Positions 41,348 through 43,496 of a stretch of 43,496 bases of DNA are shown piece by piece; position 1 is the first letter of the stretch; every line of letters starts with the position of its first letter. The notes beneath the pieces were generated by a model that did no database searches, had not been told where the DNA came from, and worked only from the letters and a program-made list of their open reading frames with translations. The position numbers and the translations under genes are program-made. Source of the stretch: Gaiellaceae bacterium (GTDB taxonomy: Bacteria; Actinomycetota; Thermoleophilia; Gaiellales; Gaiellaceae). The stretch lies in NCBI GenBank assembly GCA_035765175.1, contig DASTYD010000149.1, forward strand, positions 1 through 43,496. The letters are read 5' to 3'.

Positions 41348-41382
41348 CTCATTGCCTCAACACAACGGCGGGGAGAGTATCA
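41343..41382 (-). promoter_or_regulatory. Candidate glnA leader elements: an extended -10-like box and a hexaloop hairpin that competes with the terminator
   Basis: TGATACTCT (41382-41374) fits TGnTAnnnT and includes the MFS stop codon. GAGGC-AAUGAG-GCCUC (41358-41343) is a 5-bp stem with a hexaloop. Its 3' arm is the first 5 nt of the terminator 5' arm. Confidence 0.4.
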
Positions 41383-42627
41383 CGCCTCGGCTGCCAGCTC
41401 CTCCAGCTCGGGCTCGCGGCCCTGGTGCGCGATCGCCCGGCCGTAGAGCCACAGCGCCGGAGCGATGACGAGGGCGCCCGCCGTGAGGGCGGCGCGGATT
41501 CCCCAGACGTTGCCAATCACTCCCAGCACCGGCCCGCCGCCGGCTTGGCCGATGGCATTTGCCTGTCCCGAGATCGAGAGCACTGTTGCACGCACGGTCG
41601 AATCCCTGATCTGCTCGTTCAGCCAGATCGTGTAGAGCGGCCCGGCAAGGTTGCGTGCCATGAAGACACCGAGTAGGGCGGCGATCGCGAGCCAGGTGAG
41701 CCCGGTCAGTGCGAACACGAGCATCGCTACCATCTCCGCGACCGTCAGCGCGAAGAGGGTGCCCGTCACGACCTTTCGGCCACCCCGCTCGAAGCGCTTG
41801 ATGAGCCAGCCGGTTGCGAAGAACCCGAGCACCATCCCGACGAGCCAGAAGCTCCCGAACCAGACGACCGGGTCGAGGTCGCCGACGCTTGGCAAACCCA
41901 CGTCGCGCAGGAAGTGCGCTTCCTTCAGGCGATCGAAGGCCTCACTCGACATGCCCATGAAGAAGTCGACGCCGACAAGCAGCAGGATCACCGGAGCGGC
42001 CCACGCATAGCGAAAGCCGCTCACCGCCGTCGTGCGCAGCTCGGACACGGGCGATCCGCGCTCGGACTTGGGCCGTCGCCGGAAGCCGGTCTCTGGCATG
42101 AAGAGGATCGAGAGGAGCCCGGCGAGGACGGCGACGGCACCGCCGGCGATCACGCCCGCGCGGAGCGAGTAGACCCCGATCGCGACCTGGAGCAGCAGCC
42201 CGGCCACGGAGCCGATGTAGGCGATGCGAGAGCCCCTGAGGAAGACCCGGCTCACCTTGTCGACCCCCACCTCGTCGCTGATCCAGGCTTCTTCCGCTCC
42301 GCTCGTGAACGTGTAAGCGAGGCCCCAGAGCGCCCAGAGCGCGATGATCGCGACCGGGGACGACACGAGGGCGACGGCCATCCAGGCGACGCCCATCCCC
42401 AGGTAGCCGACGATCAGAGAGAGCCGGCGGCTGTACGTGTCGGCGACGACTCCGGTCGGCACTTCGAACAGGAAGACGGCAGCCTCCATCGCGGTCCCCA
42501 TGAGCACGAGCTCGAGCGGCGAGAGGTTCAGCTCCTGCACGAGGTACACCGCCATGACGACCCACGTCGGCATGGACAGGAGCACCTGGAGGACGTAGTA
42601 GAGGCGGGTGGCGTCCGCGCGTCTCAC
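41380..42627 (-). CDS. Major facilitator superfamily transporter
   Basis: 415 aa with about 12 hydrophobic helices split by a charged central loop (FRRRPKSERGS). The GTG start overlaps the methyltransferase stop (GTGA). Confidence 0.8.
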   Translation of the reverse strand: MRRADATRLYYVLQVLLSMPTWVVMAVYLVQELNLSPLELVLMGTAMEAAVFLFEVPTGVVADTYSRRLSLIVGYLGMGVAWMAVALVSSPVAIIALWALWGLAYTFTSGAEEAWISDEVGVDKVSRVFLRGSRIAYIGSVAGLLLQVAIGVYSLRAGVIAGGAVAVLAGLLSILFMPETGFRRRPKSERGSPVSELRTTAVSGFRYAWAAPVILLLVGVDFFMGMSSEAFDRLKEAHFLRDVGLPSVGDLDPVVWFGSFWLVGMVLGFFATGWLIKRFERGGRKVVTGTLFALTVAEMVAMLVFALTGLTWLAIAALLGVFMARNLAGPLYTIWLNEQIRDSTVRATVLSISGQANAIGQAGGGPVLGVIGNVWGIRAALTAGALVIAPALWLYGRAIAHQGREPELEELAAEA

Positions 42628-43253
42628 CGCGGCTTCCTCGCCAGCACCCAGAGGAACGCGGCGTCGCCCTCGGGCTCGCGCATCCAGACGAGGTCGTCGG
42701 AGAGGAGCTCGAAGCCGGCCTCACGAACGAGCCTGCCGTTGGTCTCGGCATCGAAGCCGGAGAAGAACATCTCGACGCCCAACCACTCCTCCGTCCGGTC
42801 GGGCCCTCCGACGTGACTGAGCGAAGCGAGGAAGAGGCCTCCCGGCCTCAGCCAGCGCTCGATCCTGGCGAACAGAGCCGGGTGCTGGTCCCGCGGCACG
42901 TGCACGATCGAGTAGAAGGCGGTCACGGCGTCGAGGCTCTCGGGGAGCACGTCGAGCTGGGCGAAGTCCGCCTGGACGAACGTCGCGCCCGGGACTGCGG
43001 CGCGGGCTAGCCGGAGCTGCTCCTCCGAGATGTCCACGCCGACGACCTCAAACCGACGGGCAAGCCGGGCGGTCTTCGCGCCGTCCCCGCAGCCGAGGTC
43101 GAGGACGCTCGCGCCGTCGGGAAGCTTGCCTGCAAGTTCCTCGAGAAAGCCCTCCCACGGATCTCCTTCGACCCGCTCGCCCCACTCGCCGAAGCCCGCG
43201 GCGAGCTCGTCGTAGCCCGCCTGCACGGTCTGCAAGTGGTCGGCGCGCCTCAT
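42624..43253 (-). CDS. Class I SAM-dependent methyltransferase
   Basis: Motif I VLDLGCGDG, then VVGVDISEE and the post-I acidic residue. 209 aa. ATGA overlap with the GNAT gene stop. Confidence 0.8.
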   Translation of the reverse strand: MRRADHLQTVQAGYDELAAGFGEWGERVEGDPWEGFLEELAGKLPDGASVLDLGCGDGAKTARLARRFEVVGVDISEEQLRLARAAVPGATFVQADFAQLDVLPESLDAVTAFYSIVHVPRDQHPALFARIERWLRPGGLFLASLSHVGGPDRTEEWLGVEMFFSGFDAETNGRLVREAGFELLSDDLVWMREPEGDAAFLWVLARKPR

Positions 43254-43496
43254 GGGAGTGGAACCGCGCCGAGCATCGTCACTCCGACTCCCCGGTACTC
43301 GTATCCGAGTCGTTCGTTGACCGCACGCATGCCGTCGTTGCGGCGCTGAGTCCAAGTCAGCACCTCGGTGATGCCGTTCTCGGCCGCCCATTCGAGCTCG
43401 AGACGCTTGAGCGCGATCGCGAGGCCGCGCCGACGCCAGTCACGGGCGACGACGGTCAGGCCGTCCTCCGCCACGCCCGGGTTGTCGTGGCGCATC
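43250..43496 (-). CDS. GNAT family N-acetyltransferase, C-terminal part (5' end beyond the right window edge)
   Basis: The acetyl-CoA motif A, VARDWRRRGLAIALK (Q/RxxGxG/A), followed by NDGMRAVNERLGY. Only 81 codons lie in the window, too few for a full GNAT fold, so the Met at 43495 is probably internal. Confidence 0.7.
   Translation of the reverse strand, partial: MRHDNPGVAEDGLTVVARDWRRRGLAIALKRLELEWAAENGITEVLTWTQRRNDGMRAVNERLGYEYRGVGVTMLGAVPLP

Noticed and set aside
1-43496. Mobile elements, integrases, toxin-antitoxin pairs, restriction or other defence genes, prophage remnants.
   Set aside because: No product in any frame showed transposase (DDE), recombinase, nuclease-defence or phage structural motifs. 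Composition is uniform apart from short promoter-like A/T islands.

Overview
This is a very GC-rich, gene-dense chromosomal window (G+C not computed exactly). Gene content points to a deep-branching Actinomycetota-like organism: OpcA, a PdtaS/PdtaR pair, a ZAS anti-sigma factor, a caa3-like oxidase and a type I-alpha glutamine synthetase. That placement is inference only. I support 46 protein-coding genes and found no rRNA, tRNA, CRISPR array, transposase or integrase.

Gene layout, left to right:
1. A giant secreted beta-helix protein on the minus strand (1-4479, running off the left edge). It is absent from the supplied ORF track.
2. An APH-type kinase.
3. Two convergent seven-bladed beta-propeller proteins, each ending in a PASTA-like domain.
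4. A thiol-stress block: msrA, msrB, an ABC-2 exporter, a flavoprotein disulfide reductase, an ECF sigma factor and an RsrA-like ZAS anti-sigma factor.
5. A Kelch propeller protein.
6. ctaC-ctaD-ctaB plus an untracked 52-codon membrane ORF.
7. A creatininase / NTF2 / DUF4242 / amidase cluster.
8. A second ECF sigma / anti-sigma pair.
9. A tightly coupled pentose-phosphate operon (rpiB-tal-hydrolase-pgi-gnd, a spacer, then zwf-opcA) with divergent tkt.
10. An ABC-F ATPase.
11. A PdtaS / PdtaR neighbourhood interrupted by YciI, tandem-HxlR and VOC genes.
12. glnA, preceded by a GNAT-methyltransferase-MFS operon.

Best candidates for something undescribed:
- An alpha/beta hydrolase translationally locked between tal and pgi, in a PPP operon that lacks any recognisable 6-phosphogluconolactonase.
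- An 18-bp perfect inverted repeat bracketing the gnd-zwf spacer and reaching the zwf ribosome-binding region.
- A glnA leader in which an ANTAR-like hexaloop hairpin is mutually exclusive with an intrinsic terminator, about 5 kb from an ANTAR response regulator.
- PASTA-like modules capping beta-propellers instead of kinases or PBPs, arranged tail to tail across a 16-nt palindrome that supplies both stop codons.

All functional calls come from motif reading by eye. No database search was run.
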